A stretch of DNA of 64,000 bases from an uncultured Gemmatimonadales bacterium (lineage in GTDB: Bacteria > Gemmatimonadota > Gemmatimonadetes > Gemmatimonadales > GWC2-71-9), in NCBI GenBank assembly GCA_963810165.1, contig CAWEMG010000037.1, positions 6,465 through 70,464 of the forward strand, written 5' to 3'. Every line of letters starts with the position of its first letter. Within the stretch, counting starts at the first letter, position 1. The translations under genes were made by a program, and so were the position numbers. The notes under the pieces are model-generated. The model worked only from the letters and a program-made list of their open reading frames with translations, ran no database searches and had not been told where the DNA came from. Below, piece by piece: positions 54,357 to 64,000 of the stretch.

Positions 54357-57300
54357 ATGACGGCGCTGACCCTGATCCTGATCGTCGCCGGTACCATGCT
54401 GGCCGTAGGGCTGCTGACGGTTCTTGCCTGGCTCATCTACAGCTGGTACCTCGACCGGGTTGAGCGCCGGCTGACGAAACGGAAAGGGCTCTACCGCGAG
54501 CTCGTTTCCGGCCTGGCGACCCGCGAACGTGCCCTGCTTCACCCCACCATCCATCAGATGAGCACCCTGTACGACCTCGACGCTCTCGAGGCCGTCCTCG
54601 AGGAACAGGCCCGCGGCGCCAGCGGGCGTCCCGGCTGGCTGCTCGAGGTCTACGACCAGCTCGGCCTGGTGGACAAGTACATCGAGATGCTTCGCTCGGC
54701 CCGGAAGTGGCGCGACCGCGCTTTCGCCGCCGAGCTGCTCGGTCGGGTCGGCGGGGCCAAGGCGGTACCGGCCCTGCTGGAAACGGTGACGGCTACCCGG
54801 ACCGAAGATTCGGATGTGCGGGAAGTTGCACTCCGGGCCCTGGCCCGGATCGCCGATCCGCGCGCGGTCGAGCCGCTGATCCGCGCGCTGGAAACTGCCG
54901 ATGTCTGGCTGGCCCCTCGCATCGCCGACATTCTGACCCGGCACGGGGAAGCAGCTGTGGATCCGCTGATTGCCGTGCTCAACGACAGAGATCATCGCCC
55001 TGCCCGAGCCTGGGCCGCGAACGTACTGGGTGAGGTCCGCGCGGCCCGCGCCTTCCCCGCCCTGGTACGCCTTCTGGGAGATCCCGAGGACGAAGTGCGG
55101 GCCAAGGCCGCGGCCGCGCTGGGGCGCCTGGGAGACCGCCGGGCCGTCGGCTACCTGCTGGAGCATCTGCTCACCGACCCCGCGCCATTCGTGCGCGTGA
55201 GGATCGCCTCGTCGCTCGGGCAGATCGGCGGTCCCGAGGTTACTGAACGACTGGTCCGGGCACTGGGAGACCCGGCCTGGTGGGTTCGCATGCGCAGCGT
55301 CGAGGCGCTGGAGCAGATCGGCGCCGTGTCTGAAGGACCGCTGCTGGTCGCCCTGGACGACGCCGATCCCGAGATCCGGCTGCGAGCCGCTGTGGCCCTG
55401 GAGCGGCTCGGTGTGCCGGACAACCTGGTCCGGATGATCGAGACGGGAGAGCGGGTTCTCGATGCCACGCAGACGCTGGTGAAGATCGCCGGCACCGGGG
55501 CTCGCGAATTCCTGGCGGAGCTGGCTCAGCACCACTCGGCGCAGGTGCGCTCGGCTGTAGTCGATGCGGTGCGCCAGGCGGGCCGGCGCGACCTGACGCC
55601 GGAGCTGATCCGGATCGCTACCGGGGATACCGAGGCGCCGCTCAGGGCCCAGGCGTTGAACAGCCTCCGGACCCTCGGTGCCCGTGAGGCGCTGCCTGCG
55701 GCGGTTAACGCCCTGGACGATGAGGATCACCGTGTCCGCGCCGCAGCGGCCGGATTTCTGGGTCTGGTGGGCGGCCCCGGAAACGCGGGGCTGCTGCAGG
55801 CCCGGACCAGCGATGCCGACCCGTCGGTGCGGGCGACCGCCATTCGGGCTCTGGCTCGCCCGGACCTGGAGGTGTCCGAGTCCGATGTCCGCCGGCTGCT
55901 GAGCGATTCCGATTGGACGGTGCGGGAGGCTGCGCTGCATACCACTGCCAGCGCCCGGCTGGCGGGCCTGCTGCCCGCGGTCCTGCCGATGCTGAGCGAC
56001 GCCGATCCCCGGGTTCGGCGCGCCGCCGCCGATGCGATCGCCGTGATAGGAGATGCCACGGCCATCCCCGCGTTGTTGGCCGCCTTCCCCGATGAGTCCG
56101 CCGGGGTGAGCGAGGCGGTCGCCATTGCTGTGAGCCGGCTCGATCCCGCCGCCGCCGGCCGCCTGGCGGATGCGCTGGTGGACTCCGCCGATATCGAGAG
56201 CAAGCTGGCCCTGATCCGCACCGTCACCCGTTCGCGCGGTGACGCACTCCCGGTCCTCCACCGGCTCCGCACCGACCCCAGCCCCGCCGTCCGGGCGGCC
56301 GCTATCGAGAGTATAGGCCGCCTGGTGCGCCGCGCCGGAGGAGGAGATGGGCTCAGCACCGCTGCGCTGCAGGGGGGCCTCGAGGATCCCGACGAGCTGG
56401 TCAGGGCTCGTGCGGTGGACGCATGGGCGATCACCCGGGGCAAGGATGCCGGCGCGGTCCTGCTTGCCCTGCTCGAAGGGGATCCTTCGGCACTGGTGCG
56501 TGAGCGGGCTGCCCTGTCGATAGGGTTGCTGCAGGTCCCCGGTGGAGCGGACGCCGTGGTTGCAGCCACCCGCCGGGCCGAGCCTGCCAACGTCCGCGCC
56601 GCCGCGGCGCTGGCCGCCGGGGTGTTCGATCAGGAGAGCATCGTGGCGCGAGTCGTTGATATGCCGGACCAGAGCGCGGTGCGCGAGTCCCTGCGGGAGC
56701 GACTCAAATGGGATGCCCGCTACCGGCTGCTCGGCAGGAGGTTGTCCCGCGCTCGCCACCTGGAGCTTCGGGCGCTGGCCCTGGACACCGACCTGGAAGC
56801 GCAGACATCGCTGGCTCGGGGTGTCACCGGCATGCTCGACGCCGGCGACCGGGTGCGGCTGATCGGCAGTCTTCGGGCATTCCGCGGAGAGCCCAGCCGG
56901 GACGCACTGCTGCAGATGGTCCGGGCGGATCCAACCCCCGAGGTCAGGACCGCGGCATTGACTGCGTTGGGAGATCTCCTGGACGCCGAGGAATTGCTGG
57001 TCACCGCCACCCGCGCGTTGGGAGACCCCAGCGTCCTGGTACGGCGGGAGGCAGTGGGACTGTTGACGCGGGTGAGCCCCGATCGCGCGTTACCCGCCAT
57101 GCTTCACGGGCTCGGCGTGGATGACGATCCCGCCGTGCTCGCCGCCGCCGCCGGCCTCGCGGAGGAGCACTTTGAGCAGTTTGCCGCGGCCGCGACTGCG
57201 CTGCCGGCCGACAGCGAGCGGGCGGTGCTCGTCGTAAGGGTCGCCCGCCATATCGTGCACCCCGATCTGGGCGGGCTGCTGCCGTATTTCGCCGGCAGCG

Positions 57301-57888
57301 GATCGCCGGAGGTGAGGGAAGCGGTCGCGGAGCTCTGGCAGAGCCGGCCTGAGGTGGCTGACCCGGCATCGCTCGAGGCTCTCACCCAGGATCCGGATGT
57401 CTCGACCCGCCGGCGGGCGGCAGGAGCGGCCTGCGCGTCGAAACGCTACGACCTTCTGGCGGGGATGGTCAGGGATCCCGATCCATCGGTGCGCAGGGAG
57501 ATCGCGCTGGTGCTGGCGCGCGCGGACTCGCTGCCACGAAGCCGGCGCGGCGATTCTTCAACGCCTTGCAGCTGACAGAGACATGCCGGTCCGAGCGAGC
57601 GCGTATGTCGCCCGCCTGCTTCAGGGAACCGTTCTTCCATTGCCCCCGGAGCTGGATCCGCAGGTGGCGGGCGAGGCGGTCCGGGAGAGCGCCGATCTCC
57701 CAGGGCTCCGCCAGACGGCCCAAACCTCCGGATCGGAGGAGCAGCGCCTGGCTGCGGCATTGGCGCTGGCACTGCTCCAGGATGAAACCGCCCATGAGGT
57801 GGCGCGAACCGACCCGGCACCGTCCATTCGGCATCGAGTGGCGGGGGCGCTCGAGCTTTCCGCGGCCACCCTCCGCCGCCGACTGTGA
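54357..57888 (+). CDS. Membrane-anchored long HEAT-repeat protein (frameshift near 57540)
   Basis: N-terminal TM followed by many L.D.d..VR..AA.ALG repeats. Confidence 0.88.
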
Positions 57889-59442
57889 TGGAGTCGCTGA
57901 TCCGCTGGCTGGTCGTGTTCGCGCTGGTGCTGCAGCCGATATTTCTGCTGTATTTCCTGGTATACAACTCCTATACCCTGTGGCTGATCGCGCTGTCCGC
58001 CCGGCAGGTGCGCCGGCGAGTCGCGGCCCACTTCGTCGAGGACCTGGATCTCATCGACGAGGGCGACCTGACCAAGCCGCTCACCATGATCGTCCCGGCG
58101 TTCAACGAGGAAGTGACGATCGTGGACAGCGTGAACAGCCTGATCCAGTGCGATTATCCCCGCTTCGAGGTGGTGGTCATCAGCGACGGATCCACGGACG
58201 GGACGCTGGAGCGGCTGAAGCGCGCCTTCCGGCTCCGCCGGACGGAGGTGCCCTACCGCCCGGCCATCGGAACGGCCCCGGTACTCGCCATGTACGAGGC
58301 CACCATCCCGCTGCCGCGGCAGGCCATGCGCCTGATCGTCATCGACAAGGAGAACGGCGGGAAGGCCGATGCCTTGAACGCGGGCATCAACGCATCCACC
58401 ACGCCATACTTTGTCTCGCTCGACGCCGACTCGATCCTGGATCAACGGGCCCTGAAGGAGCTGATGCGCGTCATCCAGGAGGATCCCCGGGTCGTGGCGG
58501 TCGGCGGCCAGGTGGCCATCGCCAATGGCTGCACCGTTCGCAACAGCAGGGTCCTGACGGTCGGACTTCCCGCCCGATCGCTGCCGCGATTCCAGATGGT
58601 CGAGTATCTCCGCTCGTTTACCACCGCCCGCACCGGCCTGAACTGGATGGGCTCGATTCTGATCCTGAGCGGGGTGTTCGCGGTGTTCGAGAAAGAGACC
58701 GTCATCAGGGCCGGCGGTTACCTGACACCCTTCCTGGATCACCGCCTGACCCGTCAATACGTCGGCGATCATGTCGGCACCGTCTGCGAGGACATGGAGA
58801 TCATCGTCCGGCTGCACCGCTACGTGCTGGACAAGCTCCTGGACCGGCGCATCGTGTTCCTGCCGCATCCGGTCGCCTGGACCGAAGTGCCGGAGACGTT
58901 CGCGTCGCTCCGCAAACAGCGCGGCCGCTGGTATCGAGGACTCCGGGAATCACTGCGGTATCATCGAGGAATGCTGTGGCGGTCCAAGTACGGCCGGATC
59001 GGCTCCTTTGCGCTGCCGGCGTTCTGGCTGTTCGAATACTATGGACCAGTGGTGGAGATTCTCGGCTACATCAGCGTGCTGTTCCTCCTGATCATGGAAC
59101 GGGTGCTGGACTACCCGCTCTTCAATTACGCCTATCTTTGGGCGTTCCTGCTGGCATCGCTCGGATACGGGATACTCGTGAACGTATTCGCGGTTCTGGT
59201 CGGCGCCTGGCGCTTCCGATATGGTATGGCCGACCGTCTTCAGCGTCATCTCCTGCCGTTCAGCCGGCGACGAGAGGTGCTGATATCTGCTGGGCTACGC
59301 CGTACTGGAAAACTTTGGTTACCGGCAGCTCACGCTGTACTGGCGCCTGCGGGGGCTCTGGGACGCGTGGCGCGGCAAGACCGGATGGGAAAAGTTCAGC
59401 CGGGTGGGCTTCCGCCGGGCCACCGCCTCGGCGCATGGCTGA
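57885..59442 (+). CDS. Processive GT2 glycosyltransferase (PgaC/IcaA/cellulose synthase-like; frameshift near 59285)
   Basis: PAFNEE, DGSTD, GGKADALNAG, DADS, CEDME, KQRGRW (D,D,D,QxxRW) plus TM helices. Confidence 0.92.
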
Positions 59443-60521
59443 CGTTGCTCTTCCCCGCGTGCTGCTGGTCGACGACGATCCCGATCTGGGCCGGCTGATG
59501 CAGCACGTCCTGAAGACCCAGGGATACGCGCCGGCCCGCCAGGTGGGCACCGGCCGGGAGGCGCTCGCCTCCCTCGACGACATCGATATCGTGCTGCTGG
59601 ACCAGCAGCTTCCCGACACCAGCGGCCTGGATGTCCTCGACGCCATCCGCACCCGGCCTTCGCCACCGGCCGTCGTGCTGGTGACGGGGCACGGCAACGA
59701 ATCGCTGGTGGCGACCGCGCTGCGCCGCGGCGCGGACGATTACCTGGCCAAGGACGCGGCGCTGACGGAGCTGCTGCCCCAGATCCTCGAGCGGGTGCGG
59801 CGAGGCCGGGAGCTGCGGAAAGCGCTGGCCGCCGCGGAGCAGGACCTGGTTCGAGCCGAGCGGCTCGCAGCGGTCGGCGAGATGACGGTGACGCTGCACC
59901 ACGAGATCAACAACCCGCTCATGGCCGCGTTCGCCGACGTGGAGCTGCTGCTGACCGATCCGGGCGGCTCCCCCGAGAAGCTGCGGCAGGGGCTGGAGGA
60001 CATCCGGCAGGCGCTCCGCCGAATTCGCGACATCGTGCAGCGGATCGGGAAGCTGCGCGAGATCCGGAGCAAGGACTATCTCCGCGGAGTGCGCATGCTG
60101 GACCTCGAGCGAAAGGACCGCGAGATCTCCGTCGTGCAGCGCGGCACCGCCATCCTGCACGTGCCGGATGAGGACCTGAGCTCGGATCATTTCCTTGCTG
60201 CTGCGGGGGGCGGGGTTCCAGGTGGAGCGGTGCCACTCCACGGATGAGCTGCAGCAGTCAGCCGCGCGGCTCGGCGTGACGGTCGTGATGGTGGCGGGAG
60301 GCGGCAGCTCGCCCGGGGCGCATCCGCTGGGCGGCTTTGCCGGCAGGAAAGACCGCGAATACCTGCTGGTGGCTCTGGTGACCGGCAGCGGCGCCGCAGC
60401 CGAGTCCGCCGGGGCCGATTACGTCGTGCATCTGCCGTTCGATCCGGGGACCTTCACGGCTGAGATAGTGCGCCGGCTGACTCCCGCTTCGCCTGCTGAT
60501 ACCCCATCCCCCGCAACCTGA
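59435..60521 (+). CDS. REC + HisKA-type dimerisation domain + degenerate REC protein (frameshift near 60180)
   Basis: LLVDDD, LLDQQLP; ERLAAVGEMTVTLHHEINNPL; no HATPase boxes seen; C-terminal GADYVVHLPFDP. Confidence 0.8.
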
Positions 60522-61480
60522 TGATCCGCTGACGGATCGGCGGGTGCGACGCCACGAAGTCGGCCAGAAAGCCTTCCCGTTCCGACAGGAGCCCGGGCGT
60601 CGGATCCACGATGCACAGGTGTGCGGCGCCTTGAGTGATGGACTGGGTGGCGGCCGTGGCCGCTTCCAGCTTCTCCAGCGCGGAGGCCAGTGCCATCGGG
60701 TTGCGAGTGAGCTGGGCACCGGTCGCATCGGCCAGGTACTCCCGCTTCCGGCTCACTCCCATCGCCAGAATCCGGGAGACCACCGGAGCCACGACCAGAG
60801 TGAGAAGCCAGAGCACCAGGATGATCAGGCCGAGCGGGTTGCCTTTGCCGCCGCCGCTCCGGCGGGCCGCGACCCGGCTCCCGCGGCCGATCATTCGTCC
60901 CATCCCATCGGACATCAGGGCGATCGCGCCGACCATGCCGGCGAGCAGCGTCATCAGCCGCACATCGAGGTTCCGCACGTGCGCCATCTCGTGCGCCACT
61001 ACAGCCTGAAGCTCGTCGCGCGATAGCGTCGCCAGCAGTCCCTCGGTCACCGCAATGCTGGCGGTGGCGGCGTCACGGCCGGTCGCGAAGGCGTTGGGAT
61101 CGGCGTCGGGGATCACCCACACTCTCGGGCGCGGCAGCCCGGCGGCGATCGCCATCTCCTCCACCACATTCACCAGCTTCTTCTGCTCCGGGGTGGCGGG
61201 CTCGATCAGCTCCCAGGCTCCTGCCGCCCATAAGCACCCGCCTGTCGCCAAATCGCCAGGAATACCAGCAAAGCAGGGCCGCGGATAGAACGCTGAGCAC
61301 GCCGATGAAGGGGAAGACGTGACGGTAGGTATCGGGCGGGGCATCGGCGGTGATCAGGTAGAGCGCCAGATCGCCTCCGAACCCGACCCAGGCAAAAAAC
61401 AGGATGAAGCCGATGGTGAGCAGGGTCGAGCGGCGCCGGTTGGACTGCTGTTGGGCGAAGAGGTTCGCGTCGTCGCTCAC
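60454..61480 (-). CDS. htpX: HtpX-like M48 zinc metalloprotease (frameshifted)
   Basis: PNAFATG, AHEMAH, SRKREYLADA, SHPP. Confidence 0.9.
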
Positions 61481-62050
61481 GCGCCGCGTTTGGTCGCCGA
61501 CAGATCCACGACCGGGACGGCCCGCTCGGCCGGCATCCTCGATCTCCCACAGCTCCGCCGGGGAGGCCTGCGCCAGTCCGGCGACGAGATTGGTGGGGAA
61601 CTGCATCTGCCGGGTGTTGTACTGGGTGGCAACGTCATTGTAGAGCTGCCGGGCAAAGCCGATCTTGTTCTCGGTGCTGGTGAGCTCCTCCTGAAGCTGC
61701 GCCACATTGCCGGTGGCCTTCAGGTCAGGATACGCCTCCGTGAGAGCAAACAACCTGCCGAGTGCCTGAGTCAGCTCCCCTTCGGCCCGGGCTGTCTGCT
61801 GCACCCCGGTCGCACCGACCGCGCGGTTGCGGGCCGAGATCACCGCGTCCAGCGTGGAGCGCTCGAACTCCATGGCGCCTTTGACCGTGTTGACCAGGTT
61901 GGGGATCAGATCATGGCGGCGCTTCAGCTGCACATCGATCTGCTTCCAGCCGTTTACGACCTGGTTCTTGAGTGAGATCAGACCGTTGTAGGCCGAAATA
62001 ACCCAGAGGGCGATGACCCCGATGACGACCAGCAGGACGATCGTTGCCAT
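61477..62050 (-). CDS. lemA: LemA family protein (frameshift near 61530)
   Basis: IDVQLKRRHDLIPNLV, EAYPDLKA, TENKIGFARQLYND. Confidence 0.95.
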
Positions 62051-62785
62051 TAGCCTCGCTCGGTGCTGAGGGTGGAGTCATCCAGCACATCTGTTTCCGC
62101 TTCCGCCGGCCGCCAGGCCTGCTCATCTGACCGCTCGGGCGACAGTGCCGCGGCGGGCTCCAGTCCGACGACGGCGGTCAGGGCCTGGCGCAGCGCCTCA
62201 GCGATGACGGCGGTATCGCCGTTCAGCCGGAGCGCCGGATGCTGCTCGTCGATCAGCACTTCCACCCCCGGGGCCACCGGAATGCGACGGCAGCTCGAGC
62301 TTCCGGTGCTGATGCCTTCGACCGGCGCCAGCCAGGCCATGACCGCTCGTCCGACCCGGCCGCGGCCGGTCCCGGGGTGCGAAGCAGAGGCAGATGGGCC
62401 GGCGGGGGAAGGCCGGGCCCGAGCGCGCTGGCGGCCCGGCGCTCGATGAGATCACCGGTCAGGCCGGCGAACTCCTTGACCATCGATTCCAGCGTGGCGC
62501 CTTCCATCTGGCGCAGCTTGATGGCCAGGACCTGCAGCAGATGGCGGTAGGAATAGACGGCCGCGGTCCCCCGTCCGTCGGGCGGGCTCACCAGCCCGCG
62601 GGCGACGTAGAACCGAATGGTGCGCTCGCTGGGTCGGGCGCGTGCCGCAGCGTTGACCGGAACCACGCCGGATGCGTCGAGAATGCCACCCGCCAGGGCG
62701 GCCAGGTCCCGGAGACCCCAGGGCGCCAGGGCGCGATACTCCCGCAGGGTGGTCAGTGGATCTGGTGGCGTGCTACTGTGGTCAT
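62050..62785 (-). CDS. MerR-like helix-turn-helix regulator (frameshifted)
   Basis: SERTIRFYVARGLVSPP..GTAAVYSYRHLLQVLAIK. Confidence 0.8.
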
Positions 62786-63196
62786 CCGTGTCCGTTCCCC
62801 TCGAGCAGGTCCATTTCGGTATCGGCCTTGGCCAGCACGGTCGCCACCAGCTCGCCCAGGGCGGTCGAGACCGAAGGGCTTCGTCAGAATGGGACAGGAG
62901 GCCAGCTCCGGCGGCCAATTGACCTGCTCTGCGGGCGGGGCGCCGCTCATCAGGATGACGCGGCCCAGCAGCCGGGGCCAGCGCCGCACAATCGCGAGGA
63001 AGAAAGTGTCTCCCGCCATCTGCGGAAGACGAAGATCGAGCAGCACGAGATCAAAGCTGGACTCGTCCAGCATCTGATACGCCGAGTGCGGATCGGCGAC
63101 CGAGACGACCTTGTAGTGAAAGGTCTTGAGGGCCCGCTCCAGAGTAGTGCGCAGAGAGGGCTCGTCATCCACGATGAGTATTCTGCGCGTCTTCAG
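62782..63196 (-). CDS. Single-domain response regulator receiver (start uncertain, frameshift near the 3' end)
   Basis: RILIVDDEPSLR, LVLLDLRLP, ILTKPF. Confidence 0.82.
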
Positions 63197-63992
63197 GAGG
63201 CCACCTGGGTCAGCGGGGTAAGGTAGCGCTCGGTGACAATCATAAGGGCCTCCTCGGTGGACAACGAAACCCGAAGCTCGCCGGCGGTCAGCCCGAAGAC
63301 CGCACGCAGGTGCATCTGCAGCGTCTTCGTCTTGCTGTAGCCAAGCTTGAGCGCCACGTCTTCCACGGTGTAGCCGGGATCGAGCAGCAGGCGATGGGCG
63401 TAAAGTAGCCGGGTCAACACCATCACCATTCTCGGTGAGGGGAGCCCGACCTTGGTAAACCAACGCTCGCAGGTGCGGCGGGTCAACTGCGCCCGCTCTG
63501 CCAGGGCCGTGACGGTGGGGGCTTCGTCCCCGGCGTGCAGCATGCGCCTCCAGGGCCCGCAGCATCTCCCGAGGCAGCTCCTGAAATGCCCCGCCCAGCG
63601 CCTGCATGACCTGCTGCGACGCGCTCTGCTCCAGCTCGGCCTGGAGGGCACTCCGAAGCGAGGCGGGGGCGTCCTCGAAGCGGTGAAACACGACCCGGCG
63701 AATTCCGGCTCGTCCCAGCTGCAGCAGCACCGAAGCGGTGGCGGGAGCCAGCTCGGTGTAAATGAGCAGGGGGAGAGAAGGGAAACAGAAGGCGAATGCG
63801 CTCGATTCCGTGGGCCCGGGCTTCACCCCCGAGGAGAGGATCCACCACGGCCATCTCAACCGGCTTGGCGCGGATGGCGTCGACAGACTCCGGCCAGCCG
63901 GACCCGGCAACCCATTGATAGCGGTCAGGGTCGAGGACGCGAAGTCGCAGAAGGCGTTCGGCAGGAACTGCGGCGAGCAGTAAATGTCGCAA
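63193..63992 (-). CDS. AraC-like HTH regulator with a degenerate REC-like N-terminus (frameshifted; may start beyond the window)
   Basis: VTALAERAQLTRRTCERWF...TVEDVALKLGYS across three ORFs. Confidence 0.75.
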
Positions 63993-64000
63993 ATCGGCCC

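Noticed and set aside
54204-56759. 851-aa antisense ORF (likewise 34994..36853, 16400..17869 and 27492..28811)
   Set aside because: Shadow ORFs opposite well-supported genes, expected in high-GC DNA; no recognisable motifs
57566-60247. 893-aa ORF running through the GT2 gene into the receiver protein
   Set aside because: Off-frame read-through of GT2; only the part from ATG 59435 is protein-like
61073-62050. Apparent LemA-HtpX fusion
   Set aside because: Indel near 61530; lemA and htpX are a standard adjacent pair with a GTGA overlap at 61477-61480
62753-63910. 385-aa ORF joining AraC and REC sequence
   Set aside because: Chimera of frames produced by indels in two neighbouring genes

Overview
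High-GC bacterial DNA. The gene set on the right (glnA, mqnD, lemA-htpX, DinB, DUF3108, heptamer intergenic repeats) resembles Gemmatimonadota, but that assignment is an inference. Many genes carry single-base frameshifts, which look like read or assembly indels rather than real decay, so genes were stitched across frames. The window has three zones. (1) 0-25 kb is an envelope and signalling block: FGE/SUMF1 protein, DUF202, glycine zipper, Omp85 proteins, aquaporin, NarL- and FixJ-type two-component genes with a MASE1-PAS kinase, TamAB and an Mla/Pqi-type ABC system. It carries two recurring operator-like motifs. (2) 25-41.7 kb is the most unusual part. It contains a secreted Kelch propeller-tyrosinase fusion, a DUF2490-like barrel, DoxX, a TonB-dependent receptor with a Cys/His-motif BNR lipoprotein, an AraC regulator, a NarL regulator and two HisKA_3 kinases. 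These are tied together by a duplicated 55-aa small gene, a duplicated ~145-bp promoter with identically spaced TACRACTTT boxes, and a triplicated promoter-like element. The block ends at tRNA-Cys. (3) 42-64 kb is mostly housekeeping genes plus an HD-GYP / HEAT / GT2 / REC-HisKA operon that may be a c-di-GMP-linked polysaccharide system. No CRISPR array, integrase or transposase was seen.
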